64,000 bases of DNA, taken from the NCBI GenBank assembly GCA_051362555.1, contig CM120646.1:15624001-15688000 (forward strand), read 5' to 3'. Position numbers and translations under genes: made by a program. The notes under the pieces were generated by a model. That model made no database searches. It was given only the letters and a program-made list of their open reading frames with translations, and was not told the origin of the DNA. This DNA is from Lingula anatina (lineage: Eukaryota; Animalia; Brachiopoda). Below are positions 61,076 to 64,000 of this stretch, piece after piece (position 1 is the first letter of the stretch; each line of letters opens with the position of its first letter).

Positions 61076-62622
61076 ACATGCACAAACACAGGCAAATACG
61101 CACTCATATGCACACTCCCACATCCAAAGAAAAAATCTGGCGTCCGTATGTTTTACTCACTTTCACTATAATTACTGAGGGTAAAAAATAAATGTAATAT
61201 TATCCGAGTTCGCCATCAAAATAGGAATGAAAATGCTGCCTTGCAAACTAATTTACAAACAGTGCGCATGTTTTTCACAGAGGGCATTCTTTTTCCGTGA
61301 AACTGGACGTTCCCCTGAACTATTTCCATGCCATTTTTTAAAATTATTATTATTATTTTATTTAAGGTGGCCCATTCTCTTGAGCTATCAAAATCGAAGT
61401 GCTTCTTACCTTTTTCCGTATTTTAAAACAAAACTAACTTCATCACTTCACCTCGCTGCAAGGACATGGGATATACAGTGCTCATTAAGGAGTTAAACCC
61501 CAATCACGTGAATCTATTAGACCTTATAATCCACGTTGAGATTGAGACCTTTTACGTCATAGCTTCAGTTTGGTGGCTTGAATAGATCGAAAAGTCATTT
61601 TTAGTATTATTATAAGCTAACGATTAACGATACTTGCAACGTTTCAATGTCAACCTAACACCTTCATGTCTACACCTACGTCACTAGATGGCGTTGGTGT
61701 CGCCAGTGGCGTCCTGTACCTGAAATCGCAAAACCCCCTTTTACCCTGGACAGCCTCCTTTCTGCGTCTTTTGTGCCACCATGAAACTGGCATCGCTGTG
61801 GTCGTAGAAAGGAGGCACAAGCATTGGTTTGGTTGCAAAATGTTCTATGATCGGCCAATTGTCGGCACGTAAAGCAGGTATTCTTTTTTACTCTCAAACG
61901 GAGCCGTAATGCGGGACGCAGATTTGACGCCGTACAGTGTAGAGGGGACTTTAGTTTATGTAATAACTACTCGCCTCTTAACGGAGGTGAAGGTAAAAAG
62001 TTCTAAACGAACAATGTCACCGCCATTCAGGGCCGTAGGCTAAAAAAAGGTTTGGTGGTGACAGCTTTTGAAAGCCTGCATTACATGCCGCCGGATAATT
62101 GCGCGCTGTGGTACTTATATAGACGCTGACTGGAAGAAAAGTAAGAGATTTTTGGTGGAATGGAAGAAAGAGACAAAAAAAACTTTTAACCCCTTCTCCC
62201 GCAGCCAACGGTCTTGATATAGGTTGATACAGTCGACAGGGAAAAGCAAGGCTGAAGGCAAATCAGGATGGAATACTTCAGTTTTCGCATATTTTATTCT
62301 CATCATAACAGGTTTTGTAAATTTCAGGATTTTCGTTTGTTACTTTTTGCATTATAAATATAACATCAAATAAACGTTTTACGTTACTAAAACCCCAAAA
62401 ACCAAACAATATCAGAGAAACTCTAACAGTTCAACATACTTTAAAGCAAAACAACCACTTTGATAACTTCCCTAACATATTGAATCTCTGAGATATTTTA
62501 CAAAAAAGGAGTGCCAACTTAATAAATCATTTTCACAGACAGCGTGAATTATTGCAAACTTTGCCCTTGATTCAATAACCTTTTCCTTATGATCCTTTGG
62601 TATTTAAACATCTTTCAGCAGT

Positions 62623-63977
62623 CTATAACTTAACAGATTGAAACATCTTGACGAAATCTTCCTTATCTTGAGATCTCGCTTTCTCGTAGAACAATTTTCC
62701 AGCACTATCCTTGACACTGACATCAGCACCTTTGTCAATTAACAATCTTACCACTTCTTTGTGCCCCTGTTGGGCGGCAAGATGAAGCCCCGTGCGGCCG
62801 ATCTTGTTTTGGAGGTTTAGGTTTGCTCCTTTCTTGAGAAGTGCATCGATGATAGCAACGTTCCCATGGTGACAGGCGGCGTGGAGACTGCTCCAACCAT
62901 CGGCTTTCGTGAAATGAACATCTGCACCAGCCGCCAACAACACTTCAGCCACGTCCGCGTGGTTCTTTTGAACTGCCACATAGAGGGCGGTCACACCGCT
63001 CTTGGACGGCAGGTTGACTTTGGCTCCCCCTGCCAAGAGGGCCTGAACAGCAGATTTATGACCATTTTCTGCGGCGGTAAATAAACTGCTGGCTCCGCTA
63101 GAAGACATGGTCGAGTTGGGGTCAACCCCAGTTGCCAGGAGGGCCTCCACAACGCCCCCGTGGCCATTCTGGGACGCTATGAATAAGCAAGTCGGCCCCT
63201 GCGTCTTGTGGTAGAAAGGATCTGCCGGTAAGAGTGCCTTGACCACGTCTGTGTGCCCGTTCTGGGAGGCTACATATAAACTGCATGCCCCGTGCTTGCT
63301 CCCCACGGTGACATCGGCCCCAGCTTTAAGAAGTATCTCCACCACCTTCGTGTGCCCTTCTTGTGAGGCAATCCACAAACTGCTGATACCTGCAATAAAT
63401 GATTGGGGAAAACACGATATACAGGGTTTTTTCTCCAGGTTTCACTTATTGTTAACTAAATGTCATTGTTCTGAATTTATCTTTCTCGATGAAACTTTTG
63501 AGAGAGAGAGAGAGATTTAAAATCCCTGGGAAAGGATCGACAAGGTTTCAAACTATTTCTTATTTAAAAGACATAATGACGCAAAATATCTATATCGGCA
63601 TAATTTCAAAAAATGACTTTGTAACTCAATTACCTATGAACACCTCTTACCATTTGCATTCACTGCATTTATATCGGCACCATTCTTCAGCAGCTCTCCA
63701 ACAACGCCATCATGTCCCTCCTGAGCAGCAATCCACAGGCAAGAAGCACCGTCATCACGCCGACCATTTACGTCAGCACCTGCCTTTATCAGTGACGTCA
63801 CAACGGCCACGTGACCGTGCTGGCACGCGATCCACAGGCAACTTGCACCACTTTTATTGGCCAGGTGGCAGTTAGCCCCCGCAGCAATGAGAGTGTCGAC
63901 GATGTCCAAGTGACCCTGTTCTGAAGCCTTCCACAGAGCGGAGATGCCATTGCTCTTTTGACGGTTTACTCTTGCAC
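62623..63977 (-). CDS. Ankyrin-repeat protein (ANKRD29-like), last two coding exons; 5' part lies beyond the window
   Basis: Exons 63977-63651 and 63389-62623 (TAG stop) with AG acceptors, a GT donor and phase-1 junctions. About 10 tandem 33-aa repeats such as GASCLWIAAQEGHDGVVGELLKNGADIN and GRTGLHLAAQQGHKEVVRLLIDKGADV. Confidence 0.9.
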
Positions 63978-64000
63978 CTACATGTACAAGAAAATGTGTT

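Noticed and set aside
62049-62095. Possible histone-type stem-loop or Pol III small RNA ending in a T-run on the minus strand
   Set aside because: The stem does not match the GGCTCTTTTCAGAGCC consensus, there is no histone ORF and no recognisable RNA family.

Overview
Intron-rich, AT-rich animal genomic DNA, most likely a bilaterian invertebrate; the taxon cannot be determined from the sequence alone. I reconstructed five spliced genes by hand from GT-AG boundaries with consistent reading-frame phases. (1) 15767-24009 (+): 17 coding exons, ~766 aa, class-V PLP aminotransferase / cysteine-desulfurase-like protein. (2) 24822-29872 (-): 7 exons, ~431 aa, secreted FG-GAP/VCBS beta-propeller protein. 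(3) 31417-36694 (+): 11 exons, ~502 aa, lysosomal MFS transporter of the SLC49A4/DIRC2 type. (4) 42116-54229 (+): 3 exons, ~228 aa, Bsx homeobox gene with an 11.3-kb first intron. (5) 62623-63977 (-): the last two exons of an ankyrin-repeat gene that runs off the window. The rest holds PIF/Harbinger-type MITEs, a Helentron-like non-autonomous element, two LINE fragments, two pairs of long inverted repeats and many microsatellites. The most notable finding is that gene 1 has a fully intact ORF but has apparently lost the PLP Schiff-base lysine, the persulfide cysteine and the substrate-binding arginines, making it a candidate pseudo-cysteine-desulfurase. Family assignments rest on recalled motifs; no database search was run.
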